The notes beneath the pieces were generated by a model. The model was given only the letters and a program-made list of their open reading frames with translations. It did no database searches and was not told where the DNA came from. Position numbers and translations under genes: made by a program. DNA of 63,905 nt from a virus (taxonomy: Duplodnaviria > Caudoviricetes), in IMG/VR virus record IMGVR_UViG_3300023180_000052, positions 1 through 63,905 of that record; one strand, 5' to 3'. Each line of letters begins with the position of its first letter. Positions within the stretch are counted from its first letter, which is position 1. Of the stretch, positions 1-9,702 are shown one piece after another.

Positions 1-44
1 GTGTTTAACCTACTTCTCAACCCACCCACGACAAGGAGACAGAA

Positions 45-893
45 ATGAGAAGACTAGCGTCAGAAGTCCTTAGAGACTTACAATTAAGAGTGGCTCGCCT
101 TGAGCGAGAGTCTGCTAAAGTTTATACAGAAGATATGATCGAACGAGAAATACAGAATGCAGGTCGTTTATCAAACGTAGACCCTGCTTTGGCTAAGTAT
201 CTCGTGGAACATGGTGATGGAAGTCAAGATAAGATTAAAGTCAGGAAAACTAAGGTTCAAGCAGGTCGTTTAAATCCCTCACAGACTAGTATGCGTTTGC
301 CTCAGTCTGTGAGTATGGCTCTTGGTATTCTTTCAGGTGCTTTTGATACTGATCTTGGCTGTATCATTTCTAGTGATGGTCAGATTATGGACGGACACCA
401 CAGATGGAGTGCTGCTATTATCGCACTTGGACCTCGTGTGCAAGTTGGTGGTTATGTGGCAGACCTTGAGGGTCGTCATCTTCTTAAAGTTTTGAACATC
501 GTTAGTAAAGGCGAGTTCAATGAAATGAAAGGCAAGCCAGGTTCGGGTGATATTACTCAGTACACTCCACAGGCAGTAGAGAATGAGCTTAGAAAGCTCG
601 TTCTTAAGGGAAATGAGTATAATTCTCCTGAGAAAGTTAAACAACTTTTGATAGATAATTTTGGCTCTGTTGAAGAGGGTATCGCTACTATGTCTAACAA
701 TGTTAAGAGCATGAGTAAGGAAGTCCCGTCTTGGGCTCCTGATCGCTCAGAAATGCCTGTCATTGATGGCAAACAGAGGACCGAACAAGCTGCAAAAATG
801 CTTAATGATGGTGAGGTAGAGTGGAATAAGCCATACCCATCAGAAATCAGACTTGCTCGAAGAAGACGAGAGCAGTTTCGTAGACACTATTAA
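45..893 (+). CDS. ParB/Srx-like N-terminal domain protein with the shared leader peptide
   Basis: LNPSQ and IISSDGQIMDGHHRWSA match the ParB/Srx nucleotide-binding signature; begins MRRLASEVLRDLQLRVARLE; AAGGAG RBS upstream. Confidence 0.7.
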   Translation: MRRLASEVLRDLQLRVARLERESAKVYTEDMIEREIQNAGRLSNVDPALAKYLVEHGDGSQDKIKVRKTKVQAGRLNPSQTSMRLPQSVSMALGILSGAFDTDLGCIISSDGQIMDGHHRWSAAIIALGPRVQVGGYVADLEGRHLLKVLNIVSKGEFNEMKGKPGSGDITQYTPQAVENELRKLVLKGNEYNSPEKVKQLLIDNFGSVEEGIATMSNNVKSMSKEVPSWAPDRSEMPVIDGKQRTEQAAKMLNDGEVEWNKPYPSEIRLARRRREQFRRHY

Positions 894-966
894 GAGGCAC
901 TAGCTTGTTTATGTTCTCCTTGTAGGTATATCTTTATGACCTATAAAAAGACAAGGAGAGCAAGGT

Positions 967-1932
967 ATGTCTCTTACAGAGTTTAGTAAGACTTATAAGC
1001 CATTTCAGTATCCTTGGGCGATGCAAGTTGCCGAAGAACATGAGAAAATCCATTGGGGTTCTTGGGAAGCACGTCTACAAGAAGACGTGAACCAATGGAA
1101 AGGTGGCGAAATGAGTGATGATGAAAAACAACACATCACTCAGATACTCAGAATTTTCACACAGTCAGATGTCGCTGTCGGTGGCAACTACTGTGACCTT
1201 TTCATTTCTGCTTTCAAAAATAATGAGATCAGAAATATGCTCTTGAGCTTCGCTAATCGTGAGGGAACTCATCAGAGAAGTTATGCTCTTTTGAACGACA
1301 CCCTTGGTCTTGCTGAAGAAGAGTATTCTGCATTTCTGAAGTACCAAGAAATGGCGAACAAGATCGAGTTTATGACCAATGCCCCACAAGGGCTTTCTGA
1401 CAAAGCTCAGTTGGCTTTTGAGTTGGCTCGCTCAGTATGTAATGAAGGTATGAGTCTGTTCTCAGCTTTCGTTATGCTTCTTAATTTCCAACGCTTCGGG
1501 AAGATGAAGGGTATGTGTGAAATAGTAGAGTGGTCGATCAGAGATGAGACTACTCACGTTGAGGGTATGACTCAGCTATTTCACGAATACTGCAAAGAGA
1601 ACCCCGAAGTGGTGGGTGACGATCTTAAATCTTACATTTACACCAACTACACAAAAGCAGTAGAACATGAAGACGCTCTGATTGATCTTGTTTTTGTGGG
1701 TGAGGAAATGAATGAACTCACTAAGAGTGATCTCAAGACCTACGTCAGATACCTTGCAGATCGCAGACTCCTACAGCTCGGATTAAAGCCTGTTTTCAAG
1801 CAGAAAGAAAACCCTCTGAAATGGCTCGATTGGGTTGTAAGTGGTGCAGACCACACCAATTTCTTTGAGGGGGTTGTCACTTCGTATTCGGCTGATGGTC
1901 TTACAGGCGAGTTTGATTGGAACGGCATTTAA
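967..1932 (+). CDS. nrdB: Ribonucleotide reductase class I beta (small) subunit
   Basis: YKPFQYPWA start, FTQSD, EGTHQRSY, EGMSLFSAF, WSIRDETTH di-metal motifs, NFFE tail. Confidence 0.95.
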   Translation: MSLTEFSKTYKPFQYPWAMQVAEEHEKIHWGSWEARLQEDVNQWKGGEMSDDEKQHITQILRIFTQSDVAVGGNYCDLFISAFKNNEIRNMLLSFANREGTHQRSYALLNDTLGLAEEEYSAFLKYQEMANKIEFMTNAPQGLSDKAQLAFELARSVCNEGMSLFSAFVMLLNFQRFGKMKGMCEIVEWSIRDETTHVEGMTQLFHEYCKENPEVVGDDLKSYIYTNYTKAVEHEDALIDLVFVGEEMNELTKSDLKTYVRYLADRRLLQLGLKPVFKQKENPLKWLDWVVSGADHTNFFEGVVTSYSADGLTGEFDWNGI

Positions 1933-1952
1933 GAGATGAGGGGGAAATAGAA

Positions 1953-2171
1953 ATGTATTACGTTCAAAACAAGACTACAGGGCTTCCTACATATTATACG
2001 AATAAAGGCAGAGTAGAGAAATGCTACTCATTGAGACTTCTTGCAGAAATAGATGCAGAGAAGGTTGAGAAGTCCTCTCATCTTAAAACTGCCCGTATTG
2101 ATGTAGTGGAGATTTCTAAGTCAGCTAGGCTCTACATGGAGAACCAAGCTCGGCTGTTGGAGTGTCCGTAA
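1953..2171 (+). CDS. Hypothetical protein
   Basis: ORF with GAGGGG upstream of ATG 1953. Confidence 0.55.
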   Translation: MYYVQNKTTGLPTYYTNKGRVEKCYSLRLLAEIDAEKVEKSSHLKTARIDVVEISKSARLYMENQARLLECP

Positions 2172-2232
2172 TAGATTGTTTATTCTAAGTTAAATGTAAG
2201 GATATTACCTTAACAGAGAGAAGGGTTTAAAA

Positions 2233-3612
2233 ATGATGCACCACAAATACTCATCAAATTCACTAGATTTAGACTTATATGAGGGACTTCCATCTTTCCA
2301 CAGAGGGCTTGATAATCTTGCTGAGGATATTGGGGATATGTCGCTTTGGGTGGTTAAGAGAAATAAGCGTGAGTGGTCGCAGATAGCTTCAACAATCGGG
2401 CGAATGATGGCTATAAATGAGGCTGTCGGGGCGGACTTAAAAGTTTCCGAAACTCTTGAAGACCACTCTAATAGGACTGCTATAGAAGTCCTCAAAGGGC
2501 TTAGGAAATTGTTAGACCCAAGAGTGCTACTTTCGAGCTTCGGTTCAGAAGATGAATTTGTAAAGTACGTTCAAAAAAACGAGAGTGAACTGAAGCCTCT
2601 TATCGGCTTTCAGACCTACAATGCTACAGGTCTGAGATTGATCTCAAAGTTTAGGTCAATGTTTTTTAATCAGTATGCCTTAAAAATCTTAGTGACGGCT
2701 CTTGACGAGGACTTTGAATGGAACGAAGAAGAGTATGCTTGGAGCATTGATGTAGAAGATGAAGTCACTCGTTTGTTCAAAAAGTACACTAAGAATTTTC
2801 TTCGCAGAGTTGTTGGGAGTACTACTGACGAAAGAATGGAAAGTGTCAAAGGCTTGATAGAAGATGCGTTTAAAGATGCGTTAGCAGACCCTACGTTAAA
2901 TGCTGTTTCTGAGGAGGTTAAAGCTTCTATTAAGGAGAAGTTCTCGCAGAAAGTACTTTATGCTATGCGAGACGTGATTGTTGTCGATACCGTCACAGAG
3001 GATTCTCCATTAGTTGCTCAGTTCTTTGAATATATGATTAAGTTTAATGTGGGCATATTTGACTCTATTAGTGGCTTCTCAACAGAAGTTGGTGAGACTC
3101 AGCAAGTCATCTCTAAAGTTATTTGGAGTAGCCTTGCTGAGTACATTTCTTCTAGTCCTAAAAATCTTGCTAAGTTCAAGAAATGGCTTAAGACCGTTGT
3201 GAGATACAATATCAGTCAGATTGATAATTCTGAAGCAGAAGCTGGTTTAACGAGAGCAGTACATGACCATTACGCTAATACGAGCAAGGGGAAGTTGCCT
3301 GCTACTATCTTTGAAGAAGCTGAAAACGCTTATCGCTTGTTCATAGGTCGTAAATCAAACCAAGCAACTAAGTCTATCCTAAAAGGTAAATTAGGTAGTG
3401 AATTCTTAGAGGGCACTCTAAGAAGGGAACCGAAAATAAACGAGGTTGTTTCTGATGTGTATGAATACGCAAAAGAAGAGTTGATGAGAGCGTTCCGTTT
3501 CAAAGCGTATGTGGAGGACATTGGGGAACTCATTTCAGATAAACCTAAATATAACACAGAAAGACTGTATGAGGAGTTCATGGCTGAACTTTCGATTGAA
3601 GGTATCTATTGA
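2233..3612 (+). CDS. Hypothetical protein (459 aa, helical)
   Basis: Long ORF preceded by the recurrent upstream motif; no family recognised. Confidence 0.7.
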   Translation: MMHHKYSSNSLDLDLYEGLPSFHRGLDNLAEDIGDMSLWVVKRNKREWSQIASTIGRMMAINEAVGADLKVSETLEDHSNRTAIEVLKGLRKLLDPRVLLSSFGSEDEFVKYVQKNESELKPLIGFQTYNATGLRLISKFRSMFFNQYALKILVTALDEDFEWNEEEYAWSIDVEDEVTRLFKKYTKNFLRRVVGSTTDERMESVKGLIEDAFKDALADPTLNAVSEEVKASIKEKFSQKVLYAMRDVIVVDTVTEDSPLVAQFFEYMIKFNVGIFDSISGFSTEVGETQQVISKVIWSSLAEYISSSPKNLAKFKKWLKTVVRYNISQIDNSEAEAGLTRAVHDHYANTSKGKLPATIFEEAENAYRLFIGRKSNQATKSILKGKLGSEFLEGTLRREPKINEVVSDVYEYAKEELMRAFRFKAYVEDIGELISDKPKYNTERLYEEFMAELSIEGIY

Positions 3613-3696
3613 GGGTGTCTTTTGAGAAGATAGTCGTGTTTTCTTAAGATTCTGATATGTAGTACACAAAGAAAGTCTCTGCGAAAGGAGAACAAC

Positions 3697-5766
3697 GTGT
3701 ACTGCGTAGCAAAAGTCTTAGGGCAGATATTTGCCAACCCTCCATTTTATGTGCTTCGGTGTCTTGTGTCTCATGGAGACGAGACTACTTCTTCAGTCGT
3801 TAAGGGCAAGATAGCAGGTCCTGTCGGCAGAGGGACTGTCTTTACTTTTAAGGGTAAGAAAACCTTCGACAAGGAAGGTCGTCCTGCCATTGAAATAGAT
3901 CGTACTCCGATTAACCCTAAATTCTTACAGGGGAACTCTCTCACGCAGTGGGCTGATTGGTCTGACCCTTCTGTGCAGGAAAGCATTGAAATATTCGCTA
4001 CGCTTGCTGAGTCGGGAGCTAATGTTTCGGTGCTAAACTCCCTGTGGAGAGAGGTCAGTCAGAACCCTCAGATTATTTCCAAGAACCCTTGGTTTCTAGT
4101 CCAAAAAGGTCTGACCTTCAAGGTCGCAGATAACATAGCCCAACGACTAATAGGTGACTTTGAGCCTGCTTGTAAAGAGCGTGTATCAGCATCAATCTTA
4201 TGGTCACTAAAACAAGCTACAGCACAGGGTCACTGCTATCTCGATTCCACCACGACATTTCGAGATGCTTCTATCTTGACAGGTATTTCTGAAGTGCGAG
4301 AAATAGCTGAAGTGGTCAAGCAACTCAAAGAAGATGGGAGCTTGGTAGTAGACAAGATAGGAGGTAAGAACGCTCTCTACTTACCCTCAATACATAAGAT
4401 GGAAACGGAAGTGTCAGAATATCTCATGTCTGTTGAAAGAGATACAAACTCCGACTCCCTATACGAGGAAATAAAAGATGAGGAAATAACCAAGTTATCA
4501 AGGTTTACTCTGACTGAGGAACAGATCAGAGCAGTAAAGCAAGGTTTGATTGAACCTGCGAGTATTGTGACAGGGTTGCCTGGCACAGGGAAAACTACGA
4601 TTCTGAACACTCTCTGTAAGGCTCTGATTGAAAGGAAAGAGAAGATACTTTTAGTTGCTCCTACAGGGATTGCCGCTAAGCGTGTTTCAAGTCTTACAGG
4701 TATTGAAGCAATGACTATCCACCGAGCTTTCGGTGCAGGTATGCCCGATGATGATAAAAAAGAGAAGTCGGACTATGAGGGTATTAAGAAGTCTGAGGAC
4801 GATAGCTTGTCTACTAAAGCCGAGTCGGACAGACATAAAGAGCATTGGAAATACAACCCACATAACCCTCGACCCGAAAGCGTAGTCATCATAGACGAAG
4901 CGAGTATGGTGGACTTACACTTAATGTGGAGATTGCTAAGGGGTATTTCACCCTCTTGTCGTGTTGTTATGGTTGGAGACATAGCACAGCTTCCCCCTGT
5001 CGGAGCAGGGTTCGCTTTACAGGAAATCATCGAGTCTGAAGCTCTTCCTCGTATTCACCTAGACACCATTTTCCGACAAGGTGAGGGAAGTGGTGTGGTG
5101 AAAGCCGCCCATAAGATTCACGCAGGGGAAATACCAAACGAAGAGGGTGAATATGAAATGGTTGATAGATACACAAAGTTTGATGTCCTCGATTTCATCT
5201 TGGAGAAATGCAAAGAGCTTCAACTTGACGGAGTGGATTTCCATGTGATGAGTCCCACACATCATGGAGTATTAGGTGTGACTAATCTAAATAGGGAGCT
5301 AAGGTCTGTTTTGAACCCCAACGCTTTGGGTCACAGATCAGTCAAGGTAGGAAATGATGAAGTTCGTATTGGTGATCGAGTGATGTTCACTAAGAATGAT
5401 TATGATCTTGAAGTGTTCAATGGCGATGTTGGTGTGATTCATCACATTTCAGGTAGTGACGTTGAGGTGCTGATTAAAGGAGGAAATAGTCAGCTTGTGA
5501 GCTTGCCTATAGAGAGGGTGGGTAGCCTTCTCAGATTAGCCTATGCGACAACTGTCCATAAGGCACAGGGGCAGGAATACCATACGATTCTTATGCCTAT
5601 GTCATGCGATCATGGGGCGAACTTGCTCCAAAGAAGTTTACTCTATACGGCTGTGACAAGAGCGAAAGAAAAAGTGTACTTGGTAGGAGAGAGAGACGCT
5701 GTAGCTATTTCCGTATCGAATGTGTCTTCTGATAATCTTATGTGCGGCTTACACTCACGTTTCTGA
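3697..5766 (+). CDS. recD2: RecD2-like SF1B helicase
   Basis: Walker A GLPGTGKT, APTGIAAKR, TIHR, IIDEASMVD, GDIAQLPPVG, NGDVG, AYATTVHKAQGQE, LLYTAVTRA; N-terminal NPW/FKVAD region of RecD2/TraA. Confidence 0.92.
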   Translation: MYCVAKVLGQIFANPPFYVLRCLVSHGDETTSSVVKGKIAGPVGRGTVFTFKGKKTFDKEGRPAIEIDRTPINPKFLQGNSLTQWADWSDPSVQESIEIFATLAESGANVSVLNSLWREVSQNPQIISKNPWFLVQKGLTFKVADNIAQRLIGDFEPACKERVSASILWSLKQATAQGHCYLDSTTTFRDASILTGISEVREIAEVVKQLKEDGSLVVDKIGGKNALYLPSIHKMETEVSEYLMSVERDTNSDSLYEEIKDEEITKLSRFTLTEEQIRAVKQGLIEPASIVTGLPGTGKTTILNTLCKALIERKEKILLVAPTGIAAKRVSSLTGIEAMTIHRAFGAGMPDDDKKEKSDYEGIKKSEDDSLSTKAESDRHKEHWKYNPHNPRPESVVIIDEASMVDLHLMWRLLRGISPSCRVVMVGDIAQLPPVGAGFALQEIIESEALPRIHLDTIFRQGEGSGVVKAAHKIHAGEIPNEEGEYEMVDRYTKFDVLDFILEKCKELQLDGVDFHVMSPTHHGVLGVTNLNRELRSVLNPNALGHRSVKVGNDEVRIGDRVMFTKNDYDLEVFNGDVGVIHHISGSDVEVLIKGGNSQLVSLPIERVGSLLRLAYATTVHKAQGQEYHTILMPMSCDHGANLLQRSLLYTAVTRAKEKVYLVGERDAVAISVSNVSSDNLMCGLHSRF

Positions 5767-5816
5767 TATATAATAAGCAAACACTCAATCCCTTGTGGGA
5801 GAAACGGAAGTCGAAT

Positions 5817-6170
5817 ATGACTCAAGAGCAACTTGCCCAACTAAAAGAAAAAATCACCATGATTAAGAACGGTACGAAGGTATCACAGATCATGGTTTCT
5901 CGTATTGTAAAAAGCCCTCGTAGTGGTGGTGACGTATTTCTGTCAATGACAGCGAACTATGGAAACCCTACTGATTCTGACGACTCGGAAATGCTATCTA
6001 TCGAAGATGCTAAGATCGCTTCACATATCCTTGCGAAAGAGGTGAATATCCTTGCCCACGAGCAGGCTTCAGCAAGTGGGTTGATTACTCAGAATCAAGC
6101 AGAAATGGTTAACAAAAAAATTAAGGGGAACTTCTCTTACTTGATCTCTAAACTAGGTGAAAATAAATGA
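5817..6170 (+). CDS. Hypothetical protein
   Basis: ORF; ATG 5817 preferred to the overlapping upstream start; stop overlaps the next start. Confidence 0.6.
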   Translation: MTQEQLAQLKEKITMIKNGTKVSQIMVSRIVKSPRSGGDVFLSMTANYGNPTDSDDSEMLSIEDAKIASHILAKEVNILAHEQASASGLITQNQAEMVNKKIKGNFSYLISKLGENK

Positions 6171-6925
6171 GCGTGGACTTGAAATATATAGAGAGCATAT
6201 ACAAACAGCTTTCTAAAATGGACGTTGAGTTAGACCCCGACCCGATTGAGTTTGGACCGTCTAGGTTAAATAATAAGACGGCTGAGTCGAGGAAATATCT
6301 GTCTCAGACTGAGAAGGTTTTTTTGCAGGTTTCTCAGAACCTTCACAAGTACAAGCGAGACTTACTTGTGGCTGAAACTCAGTATAATCTTGAGCAAACT
6401 CGACTCATGGCAGAAGACCCTCATGTACGGCAAGGTCGCTCACAGCAAGAGCGAGAAGCGTTAGCGTCAACTCAGCTCGTACATATTCAGTCTAAGATTA
6501 ATGAGTGTCGTCTTGCCGTACATGACCTTGAAGACGTACTGAAAGTAATCAAAGCCAAGCGTACTGACCTCAAAGATTTACAAGGTCGTATTCGAGATCA
6601 GTTGAAGCTATGTCAAGAGCAGATCGCTCTTGGTCAGCGTTGGGGTCAGAAGATTGATAAGAATGTCTTTGGGGACGTTATTTCTGTTGATGACTTTGAG
6701 ACAGAATCAGATGTACTCATTAAGGCAGACGCTTCATTGAGAAATGACACTCAAGATTTTGTCGATGATCTTTTGAGTGAAGCTACGGGTGAGGAGATTA
6801 TTTCTGAGCCTGCTCAAACTTCAAGTGAGGAAATAGATACATTTCTTTCTTCTCCATTAGAGCGTGTAGATCACGCTAAGATCGAGGAATTTGACCTTGA
6901 TTCTCTCCTTGACGACTTTTCTTAA
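6167..6925 (+). CDS. Coiled-coil protein with acidic tail, possibly a recombination mediator
   Basis: Helical heptads, C-terminus EEFDLDSLLDDFS, located between helicase and SSB-like gene; function is inference. Confidence 0.45.
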   Translation: MSVDLKYIESIYKQLSKMDVELDPDPIEFGPSRLNNKTAESRKYLSQTEKVFLQVSQNLHKYKRDLLVAETQYNLEQTRLMAEDPHVRQGRSQQEREALASTQLVHIQSKINECRLAVHDLEDVLKVIKAKRTDLKDLQGRIRDQLKLCQEQIALGQRWGQKIDKNVFGDVISVDDFETESDVLIKADASLRNDTQDFVDDLLSEATGEEIISEPAQTSSEEIDTFLSSPLERVDHAKIEEFDLDSLLDDFS

Positions 6926-7060
6926 AAAAAGTGAAAAAAATTCGTCAGAACCTTTTCCTTTCCTATATACACTAACTGAGCAAAGGCAAATCACTTCGGA
7001 AGAACGCCCAAGCTCTTTCTCTTAAACAGCCGAAAGGCACAACAAACAAAGGAGTCCCAC

Positions 7061-7762
7061 ATGAGTGGTTTCTCAGATTTTTCTCTCGGTGGCAGTAGCC
7101 CAATTCTTTCAGCAGGCAAGGCTCGTTGGAAGCCACAAAAGGGCAAGTATCGTGTGTCCTTCATCGCATTACCAGGTCTTGAGAACGGCAACCCCGATCT
7201 TGACGCAGATGCACCCTCATTCAAAGGTGGTCGCAGACTTTATCAAAAGGGTGTTGGTTATTTCTTAGATCATGGACCTGAGTATCAGAAGATTGCAGGT
7301 GGACCTTCAAAGACAGCGATTGCTACCACCCTTTGCTTTTGGCCTGTTGATGCGAATGGTATGCTCGACAAGACCCGTCTTGGAAATGGCGAGTTTGAGA
7401 TCAAGACTTGGGTGTTCTCACTCGACAAGTATCGTCAGCTTGAGGCTATCCACGCTGAGTTCCCTCTGACTAAGCATGACCTTAATGTGGTTGTGACAGA
7501 CCCACAGTATCACAAGATGACTTTCAGTCCTTGTCGTGACTCTCTTCTCGTCACTCTGAAAGACAAGAAGACTGATCTGTTCAACAGCGTTGTTGATGTT
7601 GCTAAGGGAGTTCATGCAAATCTGCAAAATGATATTGCACAGGACTTGACCCTCGATCAGATTCGTGAGAAGCTCTCAGGTGAAGTTGGTTCTCCCGTTG
7701 GAAATAGTTCAATGTCATCTAACTTAGACGTTGATGATGTACTTGATGATGTTCTTGGGTAA
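7061..7762 (+). CDS. Probable single-stranded DNA-binding protein (gp32-like)
   Basis: Aromatic/beta-rich core, acidic tail LDVDDVLDDVLG, strong RBS, own terminator, replication context. Confidence 0.6.
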   Translation: MSGFSDFSLGGSSPILSAGKARWKPQKGKYRVSFIALPGLENGNPDLDADAPSFKGGRRLYQKGVGYFLDHGPEYQKIAGGPSKTAIATTLCFWPVDANGMLDKTRLGNGEFEIKTWVFSLDKYRQLEAIHAEFPLTKHDLNVVVTDPQYHKMTFSPCRDSLLVTLKDKKTDLFNSVVDVAKGVHANLQNDIAQDLTLDQIREKLSGEVGSPVGNSSMSSNLDVDDVLDDVLG

Positions 7763-7783
7763 GAGTTAGCGTGTAGTTGTTAG

Positions 7784-7860
7784 ATTGACTCCTTCGGGAG
7801 TTGGTTGATGTGTAGTAGAAGCCCTCATTAAGTTCGTCTTGGTGGGGGCTTCTGTTATTT
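7784..7860 (+). terminator. Two hairpins after the SSB-like gene (C-UUCG-G loop, then a 16-bp stem with U-rich tail)
   Basis: attgactcc-ttcg-ggagttggt (7784-7805); agaagccctcattaag/cttggtgggggcttct (7817-7853) followed by gttattt. Confidence 0.7.
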
Positions 7861-7904
7861 CTTTATATCTCCCTTGTTTTATATTAAGACAAAGGAGATA
7901 CGAC

Positions 7905-8432
7905 ATGAGTGACTTTTGGGACAGCATTAGCTTCGGCAGTGTGAAAACGGCTAGTATGGACGAGGTTCTGAATACTAAGATTTCAGACCTCACCGATTAT
8001 GGTCGTAAGGTGCATAAGGATACCTCTTCATTTACTGATGGTATGAGGGTCTACGCTACAACGAATAACGGTCTTCTAATTCCTAATACCCTCCCCTCAG
8101 CAGGCTCAAAGGGAACGGTTGTTTCTGTACGGACAGCTTCGGGTGATGTGACCTCTATGGAAGGTGAGGTTTTTGTTCAATGGGACGGTAGGGGAAATAA
8201 GATTGATCGAGTTCCCGTAGATTTCATTAGATTGGCTAGTATGCGAGTCGCTAACCTTGACAACTTCATTGTCTTATCAGGTCCTTCCCTAACTATCCCC
8301 AACTCTACACAGGGGACAGGTGAGCTAGTTCATAAGTCTACTAAAGACCTTTGGTCTGTTAAAGTGGGTGAAGACGGCTCATACGAAATAGAGAGACTTT
8401 TTGATGACAATGGAGAACCTCTGAAGGTTTGA
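7905..8432 (+). CDS. Hypothetical, probable virion protein
   Basis: AAGGAG RBS before ATG 7905; contains KTAS, RTAS, RLAS, RVAN motifs. Confidence 0.65.
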   Translation: MSDFWDSISFGSVKTASMDEVLNTKISDLTDYGRKVHKDTSSFTDGMRVYATTNNGLLIPNTLPSAGSKGTVVSVRTASGDVTSMEGEVFVQWDGRGNKIDRVPVDFIRLASMRVANLDNFIVLSGPSLTIPNSTQGTGELVHKSTKDLWSVKVGEDGSYEIERLFDDNGEPLKV

Positions 8433-8435
8433 GTC

Positions 8436-8594
8436 ATGTCTCGTTCAGAGATAGAAATATGCCCTTGTTGCGAAGCTGAAATAGAGTGCGATTGCATACC
8501 TAGATGCCTAAAGGGAGAACATGAGCATGAATGTTTCTACTGCCAAGAAACATTAGATGAGGAAGACGAAGAAGGGGCAGAAGGCGATGACTAG
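8436..8594 (+). CDS. Small Cys-rich, acidic-tailed protein (52 aa; absent from the ORF track)
   Basis: Hand translation MSRSEIEICPCCEAEIECDCIPRCLKGEHEHECFYCQETLDEEDEEGAEGDD; fills the gap between flanking genes. Confidence 0.55.
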   Translation: MSRSEIEICPCCEAEIECDCIPRCLKGEHEHECFYCQETLDEEDEEGAEGDD

Positions 8595-8811
8595 ATTTAT
8601 TTTAATATTTACGATGACCCTCCTCGCTTCTTGTGACGATACGGATTCTCCAAACACAAAGACTCTTTGCGAGCAAGTCGCAGATAAGATTTCTGAGTGT
8701 GTGGGGGGTCGAATTCCCCAATTGAACTCTTGTAGCCAACCTATTTCTGAGCAAATCCTTTCTTCTAGTTGTGAAGACGTTCTGAGGCTCATTCGTGGAG
8801 AGGAGCTTTGA
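8587..8811 (+). CDS. Small lipoprotein
   Basis: MTRFILIFTMTLLASC lipobox plus four further Cys. Confidence 0.7.
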   Translation: MTRFILIFTMTLLASCDDTDSPNTKTLCEQVADKISECVGGRIPQLNSCSQPISEQILSSSCEDVLRLIRGEEL

Positions 8812-9702
8812 ATGTCACACAAGAAGAAGCCTTTCTATGACATAGAAATGAAGGAAAGATACCTAGCGATAGTCTTATTAGACATCATAGGTTCTACGGC
8901 TTTCGTTCAAAAGGTCGGTGCGAGAACAGCGGCTCAATGGTTTCAAGTGCATGACCGTCTCGCTCGCAGTCTTTGCTATAAGTTTAATGGTAGAGAAATA
9001 GATAGGTCCGATGGTTTTCTCTTATCTTTTGAGACAGTTCTTGACGCTGTGAACTTTGCTCTGAAATACCAAAAGACGATTCCTCCTAAAATCAAGCTTC
9101 AGACTAGGATTGGAATCCATTGGGGGAAGATCATAGAGGTGAAGCAAGATGACTTGTTTGTAGGGGTAGGAGCAAAGCGTGTCGAACTTGAGGGTCTTGC
9201 TAAGAATATAGCCGCTCGTACTATGAGCCTTTGCCAAGCAGGACAAGTCTTACTCACTAAAGAAGCTATGCAGATAGTGAAGCATAGGGTTAATATACAT
9301 ACTCCCAAAAGCACTCGATACGTCTGCGTAGGTATGTATAAGTTTAAGGGCGTTAGAGATCCTCAAGAGGTGTATGCCGTAGGTGAAACCATTGAGTCAC
9401 TCCAACCTCCTCCTGGTTCAGATAAAGTAAAGAGACTAGGAGGTCCGAAATACATCAAGTCAAGAATTAGGGATAGAAAGTTCAAAGAGTGGTTTTGGTG
9501 GTTTGTATGGAGGGCAGGAATCTTATCATTTCTATTATGGTCTTGGATTTTAATACCAATGATCTTTTCCCCAACAGGCAGGTACTTGTTAGGTTTGCCT
9601 TACTCTATGCCTTGGTTAGATGCCATCGGTGATTTCTTTATTTACTTCTTTGAAATAGTTAAAGATGCTTTTGAAGTAGTTAAGAAAGATTTAGAACCAT
9701 GA
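8812..9702 (+). CDS. Class III nucleotidyl cyclase with C-terminal membrane segment
   Basis: LLDIIGST and SDG metal-binding Asp, RIGIHWG, NIAAR, GQVLLT, FKGV; hydrophobic stretch after the domain. Confidence 0.88.
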   Translation: MSHKKKPFYDIEMKERYLAIVLLDIIGSTAFVQKVGARTAAQWFQVHDRLARSLCYKFNGREIDRSDGFLLSFETVLDAVNFALKYQKTIPPKIKLQTRIGIHWGKIIEVKQDDLFVGVGAKRVELEGLAKNIAARTMSLCQAGQVLLTKEAMQIVKHRVNIHTPKSTRYVCVGMYKFKGVRDPQEVYAVGETIESLQPPPGSDKVKRLGGPKYIKSRIRDRKFKEWFWWFVWRAGILSFLLWSWILIPMIFSPTGRYLLGLPYSMPWLDAIGDFFIYFFEIVKDAFEVVKKDLEP

